This document shows, in pieces, positions 1-8,747 of a stretch of DNA of 64,000 bases (position 1 is its first letter; the number at the start of each line of letters is the position of its first letter). The position numbers were made by a program, and so were the translations under genes. Location: NCBI GenBank assembly GCA_964631685.1, contig CAZVZU010000002.1, forward strand, positions 1 through 64,000, written 5' to 3'. Source of the stretch: an uncultured Actinomycetes bacterium. GTDB taxonomy: Bacteria; SZUA-79; Acidulodesulfobacterales; Acidulodesulfobacteraceae. The notes under the pieces are model-generated. The model was not told the DNA's origin and ran no database searches. It saw nothing but the letters and a program-made list of their open reading frames with translations.

Positions 1-61
1 TATCTTCTTTCTTGGCACATATAAAAACAATTTCTTTTCTAATATCAAATTAGCCTATACC

Positions 62-127
62 CTACAACGTCTAGTATATGGTGTCGTAGCTGACGATAGG
101 AAGCTATGCACTATATAATTGTTGTGT
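62..127 (-). other. attC-like recombination site (attC1)
   Basis: Minus strand ACACAAC...GTTGTAG just after the DUF2075 stop; inner arms 75-91 and 102-117 pair on the + strand with two G:T pairs and one bulged T (84). Confidence 0.8.
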
Positions 128-139
128 TTTCGTACTTTT

Positions 140-2107
140 TTATTCTATTTCTTTTATTCCGATTTCCTTTAAATATTTAAATGTTTTATCATAAAATTCA
201 CTTGGTCTTGTATGGTCTAATTTACTACTTTCTGGAACAAACATTACCATTCCCTGTCTTGCTCTGGTTAAAAGAACTCTACACGTGTTCTTGAGATACT
301 CTTTATCAATTTCTTTATTGATATTTTGCCATTTTGTTCCTTTAAAATTTTGATATTTCCAATTAGTGTTGCTCATATAAAAATTCCCACCCCATGCAAC
401 ACAAGCCCAGTCTATTTCTAGCCCTTGTATATCAAATTCAGTTGCAACTTCTTCTAAGAAATATGAGGAACGTATGTCTTGACTATTATTTAAAAACCAA
501 TTTGGTGCTAAAATTTGATTTTTTACATCTATTCCAAGTGGCATTAATCGTCTTGCACCTGATGAGCTTATTAAGCCTATTCTTTCACTTCCTTTTGCCT
601 GTTCACGTAACCATTCTTTCGCTTTGTCAAGGTTTCGTGTAACTACAATTGGGTATAGTTCTTTTATTTCAGAATAGATATTTTTTGCATTTTCTGTTTT
701 GATGTTTAGTAATTCGTGAATAAATCTAGATAATTTCTCAGACCTAAATGATCTTACAGAAACAGAAAGATGTAATTCCAATTCACTTATACCATTTTCA
801 GTGATCCAATTCTTAGAATCTTCTAATTTTAGATAATTATCACTTTCTAATATCGAATTTGCATAATGAATGTTCCAACCTGGGAAATGGGTTCTTAAAG
901 AATTTATCCACTCTTCTAAACCTGCTTCCCCTGTATTTATTTCTTGTCCCCCACCAATTAAACAAACAATAGTACACCAATCAGAATGTCTATTCATTAC
1001 GTCAATTAAAAATTCAGGTTCAGACATATCAAAATCTTCAACTCCTTTTTTTCTTTTCATAAATGAACTCACTTGATGCTTAGTCCAAGCTCTTTGGGCT
1101 TCATCAAAAACAACCACCTTTTCAATAGGCGCTCTATTCGATAATAAATTGTCGTCTCTGAAATGATGAATATTTTGAATAAATGTATTTGCTTTTATTG
1201 CTGCTTGTTTTTTTGTTAATTTTTCGCCATTTACCTCAGCTGTTAATACTTCATCCCTAGTTAAAGCTTCTCTTAAAACATCAACTAAAGGGCCATTCCC
1301 CGATAAAAAAACTGCGTGTTCATCTTCATCAGTTTTCATTCTTTCAACTGCGATATTTAAACCTGCTAATGTTTTGCCTGCTCCAGGAACGCCTGTGACA
1401 AAACAAATTGACTTTAAATTTTTAGATTTTGATTTTTCAATTACTGAATTAATACAATCTGCTGTTTTAGATAGGTTTATTGTTCCTGAGTCAGATCTTG
1501 TTATTTCTTTTACATTATGACCTCTATATAGAGCTTGGGCTGCTTCAACAATTGTAGGTGTTGGCTTGTAAATTGAGTTTCCCCAATATTCAATATTAAT
1601 TGGTTTATTACTGTAATTTATGAATGTTTTGAGTGTATCAGCTATATTATATTGATTAGATTTCGCTACACTATTATGGCAAATTACATTTGAGATTGGC
1701 TCTAAACAGTTTTCTGCATTTGTAGCTACTAAAACTGGAATAAGTCTAGCGTGATGGCTTCCTTCGTGAAAATTTTTCAAATCAATAGTGTAATCAATAA
1801 CTTGTTCGATTGCATACTTTTCATATCCACCATCTCCAACTTTAAATTCAATTACAAAAACCATATCATTGATTATTACAATATTATCAACTCGTTTTCC
1901 CATTCTAGGAATTGCAAATTCAAAATAGATTTGCCCTTTAAAACCTTTAAGTTGCTCCTTTAAAATTAGAATTTGCTTTCTCCAAGCATTAATTTGTAAT
2001 TCTTCAAGAGTCCTATTGCTATGATTTGCAGTCAATTCGCCTAAAATACTCGATTCAGGGTCTAATATGTATTCTTTAATAGATTTTGAGTAATAAGCTC
2101 TTTTCAT
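140..2107 (-). CDS. DUF2075 / Schlafen group 3-like helicase with N-terminal PD-(D/E)xK nuclease-like domain (cassette gene)
   Basis: RVDNIV..VIEFK motif, Walker A GVPGAGKT, Walker B VVVFDEAQR, QGLEIDW, RVLLTRARQG. Confidence 0.85.
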   Translation of the reverse strand: MKRAYYSKSIKEYILDPESSILGELTANHSNRTLEELQINAWRKQILILKEQLKGFKGQIYFEFAIPRMGKRVDNIVIINDMVFVIEFKVGDGGYEKYAIEQVIDYTIDLKNFHEGSHHARLIPVLVATNAENCLEPISNVICHNSVAKSNQYNIADTLKTFINYSNKPINIEYWGNSIYKPTPTIVEAAQALYRGHNVKEITRSDSGTINLSKTADCINSVIEKSKSKNLKSICFVTGVPGAGKTLAGLNIAVERMKTDEDEHAVFLSGNGPLVDVLREALTRDEVLTAEVNGEKLTKKQAAIKANTFIQNIHHFRDDNLLSNRAPIEKVVVFDEAQRAWTKHQVSSFMKRKKGVEDFDMSEPEFLIDVMNRHSDWCTIVCLIGGGQEINTGEAGLEEWINSLRTHFPGWNIHYANSILESDNYLKLEDSKNWITENGISELELHLSVSVRSFRSEKLSRFIHELLNIKTENAKNIYSEIKELYPIVVTRNLDKAKEWLREQAKGSERIGLISSSGARRLMPLGIDVKNQILAPNWFLNNSQDIRSSYFLEEVATEFDIQGLEIDWACVAWGGNFYMSNTNWKYQNFKGTKWQNINKEIDKEYLKNTCRVLLTRARQGMVMFVPESSKLDHTRPSEFYDKTFKYLKEIGIKEIE

Positions 2108-2145
2108 ATTTAATTCTCTTGTTTAGATTGTTGTTCCTGTATGAA

Positions 2146-2276
2146 ACACAACGGTTTGACTATGCGTTGTTTGGGATTTTGAAACGATTAACTTTCAATT
2201 TACTATGCCGTTTATTTATATTCATAACATTCAATTTAACCACCACACGCCCAATGACTTATATACATTGTTAGGG
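2146..2276 (-). other. attC-like recombination site (attC2)
   Basis: Minus strand CCCTAAC...GTTGTGT just after the stop at 2282; arms ~2161-2175 and 2250-2263 pair with G:T wobbles and a bulged T around a long variable loop. Confidence 0.75.
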
Positions 2277-2281
2277 TGTCG

Positions 2282-2825
2282 TTATTTCTTCATTTTCAAT
2301 CGTTTAACCCATTCTTCTAGTTCATATATTTTATCATATTTTTCTTTTCTGATTTCATTGCTTTGCAAGTCATTCTTTATTCTTTTTAAGAACTCTTTGA
2401 AGTCTTTATTTAAGGTCAATTTGTTGATTGTTTCCCAATCTAAATTGTCTCTTGTTTTTGCTGGCAGAATTATTTCAGACGAAATTGGTTCTTCAATGTC
2501 AAGTTTAATAACTCCTATTCCAAATGAAGATGACAACCTTGTTAATTCATTCATAAAATCTTCATTTTTAGAAATTTCTGCGGCAACCAAGTAACTTTCA
2601 TTTGCCCAAGATGAATTTGAAACGCATTGAAAAAAACTTTCTCTAAAAATCCTATTTTCTTTTCAGTTATTTCTTCTTGATTTTCTTCCGTTTCAATTTT
2701 TTCAATATCAAATAGTGATTTTTGACTTTTTAGATAAAACCTTTTTGGTCTTTTCCCGACTGAAGCAAACTCGGTATTCTATTTATCTCTAACAACACTG
2801 TTTTTGCTAATTCTAAAAATGTCAT
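2282..2825 (-). pseudogene. HrgA/COG2958-like protein (HARE-HTH + restriction-endonuclease-like fold), internally deleted
   Basis: ATG overlaps the upstream stop (ATGA): MTFLELAKTV; fragments GKRPKRFYLK and FFQCVSNSSWANESYLV...FGIGVIKL..LDWETINKL lie in different frames; much shorter than family members. Confidence 0.7.
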
Positions 2826-3811
2826 AATCTGTATTTATCTCCGTTTTTTATACAATATTTCTCAACTTCATTTACCCAGTTTTGATACCAATACCAAGTT
2901 TTTGCAACCCAAACCCCAAATCCTTTACTTTTATCTTTTGCATTTTTCTTTTTCCAAAGCCCAGTATGCTGGTGCATTTTAAATTTCCCAAATCCCTTAT
3001 CTCTCATTATTAATACAACTTTACCTGGAAGAAACTTAGACTTTTCCACTTCTTTTATTAAAGTACGTTCTTTGTCAGTTTTGTTAAGTTTTTCTGCTTC
3101 TGGTGAATTGGCAGGAAGAAATTCAATTACTTTATCTGCTTGCCCTTTATGATTTGCTAATTTTGGAACATATAATACTCTGTATGAATAACGCACATCA
3201 TTATATTCATCGTCTGGAATATCTTTGTCAAACCCGTTAATATAAGAAGCAATATTTTTTGGTAAGTCGCTAATCTTCCTTAGTTGATTGGCGTGTCCTT
3301 CTTCAATTGATGAGAATTGCAATGAAAATGACAAATGTTTATCTATCCCCATTCTTTTGTCAAAAAGTTCTTTGATATATTTATTGTAATTCAAACAACA
3401 GGCTTGAAATCTTGCACTTAAATAATCATCTATTTTCATTGTCATTTGATGCTCAATTTCGTGTCTTAATCCAATCAAGAATTTTAAGTTAGATTTTACT
3501 ACTTTATCAATAGGACAATTATTATCGTTCAAGCACCTTTCTAATTCCCAATATTTATATGCACCTTCTTTTGTTTTATCAAATCTTTTTCTACTTCCGT
3601 GTTGTCCAAAATATTTATACTCAATTTTATTTGTCCGATAATATGCGTGAAGTAAATAAGTCCAGGCAATATTTGACAGAACAATAAAACTTTCAGATTT
3701 AAATTGGATATTTGGATTGTTAAAAATTTGGACAGCAGTTAGCATTGCTTCTCTTGATTTTGTGAGAAGTTCGGTTTTTATTGACCCTATTTTTCTGTTT
3801 CTTGCTGCCAT
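2822..3811 (-). CDS. DUF3644 family protein, putative HEPN-like RNase (cassette gene)
   Basis: KSREAMLTAVQIFNNP..FKSESFIVLSNIAWTYLLHAYY family N-terminus; RxxxxH motif RHEIEH. Confidence 0.75.
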   Translation of the reverse strand: MAARNRKIGSIKTELLTKSREAMLTAVQIFNNPNIQFKSESFIVLSNIAWTYLLHAYYRTNKIEYKYFGQHGSRKRFDKTKEGAYKYWELERCLNDNNCPIDKVVKSNLKFLIGLRHEIEHQMTMKIDDYLSARFQACCLNYNKYIKELFDKRMGIDKHLSFSLQFSSIEEGHANQLRKISDLPKNIASYINGFDKDIPDDEYNDVRYSYRVLYVPKLANHKGQADKVIEFLPANSPEAEKLNKTDKERTLIKEVEKSKFLPGKVVLIMRDKGFGKFKMHQHTGLWKKKNAKDKSKGFGVWVAKTWYWYQNWVNEVEKYCIKNGDKYRL

Positions 3812-3820
3812 CTTTTAATG

Positions 3821-3890
3821 CACCCTAACGTATATGTATAGTTATTGTTCTTATCCCGACAATTTGGGCGTATAAGAACAATTGTGTATA
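3821..3890 (-). other. attI-like primary recombination site
   Basis: GTTAGGG core (3829-3823) with a perfect 11-bp inverted repeat at 3844-3854/3872-3882, no partner R'' box; lies between the integrase 3' end and the first cassette. Confidence 0.65.
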
Positions 3891-3905
3891 TTTCTCTTTT
3901 ATCAT

Positions 3906-4748
3906 TTAATGCTCCTCTACTAAAAAAATCATCATAGGATTTTTAATATTATCTATTGCTCTTTTAGACACATGAGTATAAATCTCCGTTGTTTTAGAGC
4001 TGTTGTGTCCCAATAATTCTTGAATATATCGCAAATCTGTTCCTTGTTCTAATAAATGAGTTGCAAAACTATGCCTAAGCATATGCGGAGTTATTTTTTT
4101 TCTAACTCCGGCTTTTAAAGCAGCTTTTCGTAAAATGTTTCCAACACTTGCCGGTGAATATTTGCCTCCGTTTCGCCCATCAAACAAATACTTTTGAGGA
4201 TTATATTTTTTGTAATATTTTCTCAAAATATGTAGTAATTTTTCAGAAAGCAGTGATATTATATCTTTTTTCCCTTTTACCCCTCTAATGATTGCAACCA
4301 TTCTTTCTGAATCAATATCGGATATTCAAGATTCAGTAATTCGCCTCGCCTTAATCCTGCTGAATATAACAACATTAGAATACTCTTATGCTTTATTACT
4401 ACACGCATCGAAAATACTTTTTACTTCGTTCTTGCTTAATACCTTTGGCAACTTGTTTTCTTTATTTGGTCTATAAAGATCATAATATTCCTTTGTTTTG
4501 CCAATGACCTTTTCGTAATAAAACTTAATTGCATTTATTCTTTGATTTTGCTGACTGCTTGAGATATTTCTCGTTTTAATGAGATTTAATATATAAGCAT
4601 TTATCTGTTCTTTCGTAATACTCTCCAAATCGCAACCTCTAAAATAATCAACAAAATCCTTAAAATAACTGCAATAAATATTCTGAGTATTTTGACTATA
4701 CCTTTTTTGAATCAACAAGTTTTCATATCTATCCAAAGCAGTATTCAT
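3906..4748 (-). pseudogene. Tyrosine recombinase with N-terminal SAM-like domain (integron-like integrase without IntI patch), frameshifted
   Basis: YSQNTQNIY..QNQRINAIKFYY..LPKVLS; catalytic segment KHKSILMLLYSAGLRRGELLNL (4393-4328) is out of frame between two indels; then [30 protein letters not shown]. Confidence 0.85.
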
Positions 4749-5240
4749 TGTCTATCCATCTCTCAATCAATTTTCACATAACACTATATATATCACAAAA
4801 ATAACAACGGTGCTATTTTTGCTATCTAAACAATCGTTACTTGTTGCTGTTATGTTTTATTTATATTTTATGCATAATATTTCTTTAAAACAATTGCCCT
4901 ATTTATAATGACTTCTTGTATCTTTTGGATACTTCTCTCACAGTCCGCTTTTCTTTCTTTAAGATTGAGAGACATAAGATTACCTCCTGTCCAGTGGAAG
5001 AGATATTCCACTGGCCTGCCAAAAAATCTACTCTTTCTGCCATAATTGAGTCTCCTCATTGTATTATTTTTCGTATAGATTTTTAAATGAGGTAATTCAT
5101 TAGTTTGCTATTCGGGTAATGTAAACTATTATATTCTATAAAGAGAAAATGACAATAAACAGTTAACTAGAAGTAGCAAAAATAAGATTAGGTGGTTCTG
5201 ATAATAATCTTATGTTGGACACAGAGGAGAAAAGATCTGA

Positions 5241-5971
5241 ATGGTATTCTTGTGTAGTTTGATAGAAAAATATGTCGGAAAACAGTTTGAAATAGATTGT
5301 GTCGACATTGAGGTCCATCACTTCAAAGACAACCAACCTCCCATTTTCAAAGGACATGGAGTCATCAGGGGCGATAAGTCTGGCCGTCTGTCATTCGAAA
5401 TGTACAATCAGATTAAGGTCAATAAAGAGATATTAACTTATTTGAAACAAATTAGAGAAGAAAACGATCCGAACTTGAAGGAACCGTCAGAGTGGAAAAC
5501 TTCCATGACGAGAAGATTATATCAAAAAGCTTTTGGAGAGATCATTGTGAGGTCGTTTTTGATGACTCACTAATCAAATTTCAAAAAAGCTCCGACAAGT
5601 CCCTCTTACATATAACAGCACCCAACGGTGACCGCTTTACCCCGCCATACGTTGGGAACTGGATTACGGAAGCTTTAACATTCACTACAGCAAGAGTGAT
5701 TTATCCCAGGATGACAATACGTCACTTCGAGAAGGACACTCTTGTATTCATAAGAACAACTCCAATATCCATCGAAAGCGGAATGCTGCCACCATTTTCC
5801 TATGGACTACACACCAGAGATTCTTTTTGGAAGGCATTCCGTGCCTACTTAGGCAAATGTAAGTCGTTTCAATAGTTCGAGCCTCTTGATACGACAAGAG
5901 GCTTTTCTGAGTTATGTCTATCGGGTACAGGAACTCTACAAGGCTTCCTTATTTCACTATCAATTTACGAT
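5241..5971 (+). pseudogene. Fragmented hypothetical protein gene
   Basis: Overlapping ORFs 5241-5573 and 5492-5875, with apparent continuation past a stop; family not recognised. Confidence 0.45.
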
Positions 5972-6663
5972 TGAGTTTTATGTAAATTTCATCTTTTCTT
6001 CATCAGAAAACAGAACCTCACGTGACCGGTTAGTGTCAACGTTTTGCTAATAATAATAAAGTGTAAGTCAGGAAGAAGGTTGACCAATGGCCAAATTAAA
6101 AGAACTTATTAAAATCTTTACGGTTCCTAAATACGAAGTATTAGTTAGCTATCATCATGAAAATAACCAATTGGGTCTCGAAAAATTTGAAAAGCTTTCT
6201 TGTTGTATGTATTTTAGGATCGACAATATATTAGAGCTACCATTTTTTATATCGTGTTAGAAAAGTCTAAATTAATTCTTCCATGATTGGTCAGAAAAAT
6301 AGATTTTTTACTTAATTCTTGAAGTGATATCTTCATGCTATCAAATTCTTACAGGACTTTGCTTGGAATTAGGGCAGTAATCCACTCCTGTACAGGGAAA
6401 AGGTGATTTGGATCATCTAGAAAGTTATCAGCGTTCCATCCAAAACCAATACTTATACCTTTTATATATTTATCCTTAAATAAAGCTGGATGTTTAGAAA
6501 TAATCTTTGATAAAGCAAACAGGTTTGTTGTATAGGCACTCGCTACCGATAGTATGGAACTATGTGCATGATTGTCCCTACAACGGAACTTCCGCAAAGA
6601 AGGTAACAAAAAAAGCCTGTATTCCCTGTTTTCTTATATATTCTTTAAACTACGCGGACAGAG

Positions 6664-7355
6664 GTGATCTCACTGTCTCTGCAAAGCAATACGGGTTATC
6701 AAGAGGCGTGCGAATATATTCAGACCTTTCAAATTCTCAATCTTCTCACGATCAGCTTGTACAATTTTTGCAGAACAAACAACAATCCAAACTATCAAGC
6801 ACTCTCAAAATCGGTTGAACTTCAAAGAGAGTTGGGTTTAAGATTTAGAGAGAGTGTAATGATTAAGGTTCGGGTAATCACTAATGCAATAAAAACAGAG
6901 ATGATGGAACTAAAGACTCACGAGAGCGTGATATACCGCTATCGGATCAACAAAAGATTTTGTTGATCGCAGTAAAATCTTTTATGAGCGAAAATAAACA
7001 GCACTCACTCATCGATCCACGGCAAAGCTATGAACAATACCACAATTGGGCGTACAATACAGCGTTACAGGGGTTTAAAAACGAAACAAAAGAATCAAAA
7101 TCCTTTCATTTTCATGGCGAGCGCAATGCTTATACTCATGAACGCTATCATGAGCTTTGGAAGGAAAAAACCGGCGTAGCGGTTCAGACTCCTGTTGTTG
7201 CAGGATTTTCCGGATCAGACTGGACAGAATATGCCGCTGAGCAAACAAGATTATCCATACAGCAAATAAAATCCATTGATAAAGAGATCCGTCTGGAGGT
7301 TTCACATGAACTCGGCCATGACCGGATAGCAATCGCCCGGGATTATTTGGGCTAA
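6664..7355 (+). pseudogene. Integrase_1-type tyrosine recombinase fragment
   Basis: LQRELGLRFRES; FHGERNAYTHERY; VSHELGHDRIAIARDYLG C-terminus; split across frames. Confidence 0.7.
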
Positions 7356-7526
7356 TTGGAACTCTCTCAGCACCTCATTAAACTATACGATTATAAGTAT
7401 TTTCGTATAGCAACTATCCCAAAAAGCCTATATTTATATCAAATTTCTTGATTTTTACCATATTTTCGTTATAATAATTATACGATTATGTTTAATGTAA
7501 ATGTATTGTTACAGTAAGGAGGAAAA

Positions 7527-7748
7527 ATGGTTATAAACGCTATTATAGAAAAAGACAAAAACGGTTATTTTGCTTATGTACCTGAATTAAAAGGCTGTGT
7601 TTCTCAGGGTGATACATACGAAGAAGCATTAAATAATATTAAAGAAGCAGCAAGTCTGTATGTAGAAAGTTTAGAAGATGAAGAACTCTCTATAATTAAA
7701 GCAAAGGATATCATGATATCGCCTATCGAAATGGAATTAAATGTCTGA
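7527..7748 (+). CDS. hicB: HicB family antitoxin
   Basis: YFAYVPELKGCVSQGDTYEEALNNIKEA; strong RBS AAGGAGG. Confidence 0.9.
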   Translation: MVINAIIEKDKNGYFAYVPELKGCVSQGDTYEEALNNIKEAASLYVESLEDEELSIIKAKDIMISPIEMELNV

Positions 7749-7947
7749 CAAATATCCACGTATAACAGCTAAAAAAGCAGAAAAGCTATTAATACAAAAC
7801 GGTTTTGTATTAAACAGACAAAAAGGCAGTCACAGAATTTATATAAAAGACGGATGCCGTATGGTATTGCCTTTTCATGCAGGCAAAACACTTCACCCTA
7901 AAATAGTAAAACAACTTTTTGAAATAATAAACGAATGCTCGAAGTAA
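7741..7947 (+). CDS. hicA: HicA family mRNA interferase toxin
   Basis: GFVLNRQKGSHRIY..VLPFH; overlaps hicB. Confidence 0.9.
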   Translation: MSDKYPRITAKKAEKLLIQNGFVLNRQKGSHRIYIKDGCRMVLPFHAGKTLHPKIVKQLFEIINECSK

Positions 7948-7950
7948 GAG

Positions 7951-8273
7951 ATGCCTAACATCCAGCCCTACAAAATAAACCCTATAACTCAAGCAAGTCC
8001 GATAGAATACCTTACAGATACACAAACAAACGCCCTCACACTTGCTTTTCAATCTTACTATGATAATAGCTCAAAGAAAGCTCAAATACAGAAAGACTTG
8101 GATCATTCTCCTATCTTGAGGCACACAAGAGCAATAGAATTGCTTAGAGCCGGAGTTCCTGTAAAATAATACAGGATATACTCGGACATTCTGCTTTGAC
8201 TACAACAGCTATCTACTTGCGGATGAGCGGCCAGGAGGCTAAAAGTATACTTAAAGAGAAGGGGCTGATATAA
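7951..8273 (+). pseudogene. Resolvase-like tyrosine recombinase, internally deleted and frameshifted
   Basis: ILRHTRAIELLRAGVPV, then frameshift to IIQDILGHSALTTTAIYLR; central part missing. Confidence 0.75.
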
Positions 8274-8619
8274 TATTGACAAATGATATATTTTGTTTAA
8301 CTTATAAGTGAAATATTGTTGGTAATGATAGGTTTTATTTTGTAGAAAAGTTAAAATATGCAATCTACATTTTAAAGAAAGTGGAACAGGAAATAATTGA
8401 TATGAAAGATAAAAAGACGCATAAAAAAGGTGTTCCAGAATTTGAGAAGGCTACCAGGAACAATACCGAGTAATCCTGAAAAGTGGCAGCTAATTAAATC
8501 TTGCGTAAGAATCTCAGAAATTGTTGGTACTGGGTATAAAAAACGGCGCTTTATTAAAAATCAGATAGTTACTTTTTATAGCCAGATGCTAAGAATTACT
8601 GGTATATCTTGAATCTTTA

Positions 8620-8707
8620 TGGTGCCGAGGGCCGGAATCGAACCGGCACGGAACTAAGTTCCGAGGGATTTTAAGTCCCTTGCGTCTACCATTTCCGCCA
8701 CCCCGGC
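8620..8707 (-). tRNA. tRNA-Leu (anticodon TAA)
   Basis: GCCGGGGTGGCGGAAATGGTAGACGC..GGGACTTAAAATCCC..long variable arm..GGTTCGATTCC..ACCA. Confidence 0.97.
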
Positions 8708-8747
8708 ATTTTATTGAAAAACGTGGCGATTACTTAATGTTACAACT

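Larger units (their letters stand above)
1..8619. mobile_element. Decayed genomic island at the 3' end of tRNA-Leu (left end outside window)
   Basis: Three tyrosine recombinase relics, a TA module, defence-like cassettes and many frameshifted ORFs, directly downstream of tRNA-Leu; intact core genes begin beyond the tRNA. Confidence 0.75.

Noticed and set aside
3906..4748. Chromosomal xerC/xerD or class 1-3 intI
   Set aside because: Pseudogenised within an island, lacks the IntI insertion, and its orientation differs from classical integrons
4801..4853. Additional attC-like site upstream of the integrase
   Set aside because: Weak imperfect pairing that lacks the shared TATATA arm pattern of attC1 and attC2
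6020..6660. Possible IS end (GTTAGTGTCAAC) and small ORFs
   Set aside because: No partner inverted repeat, transposase or recognisable protein family found
7469..7496. dif/pdif site (TTATGTTTAAT resembles the XerD arm)
   Set aside because: No XerC-like arm at 6-bp spacing
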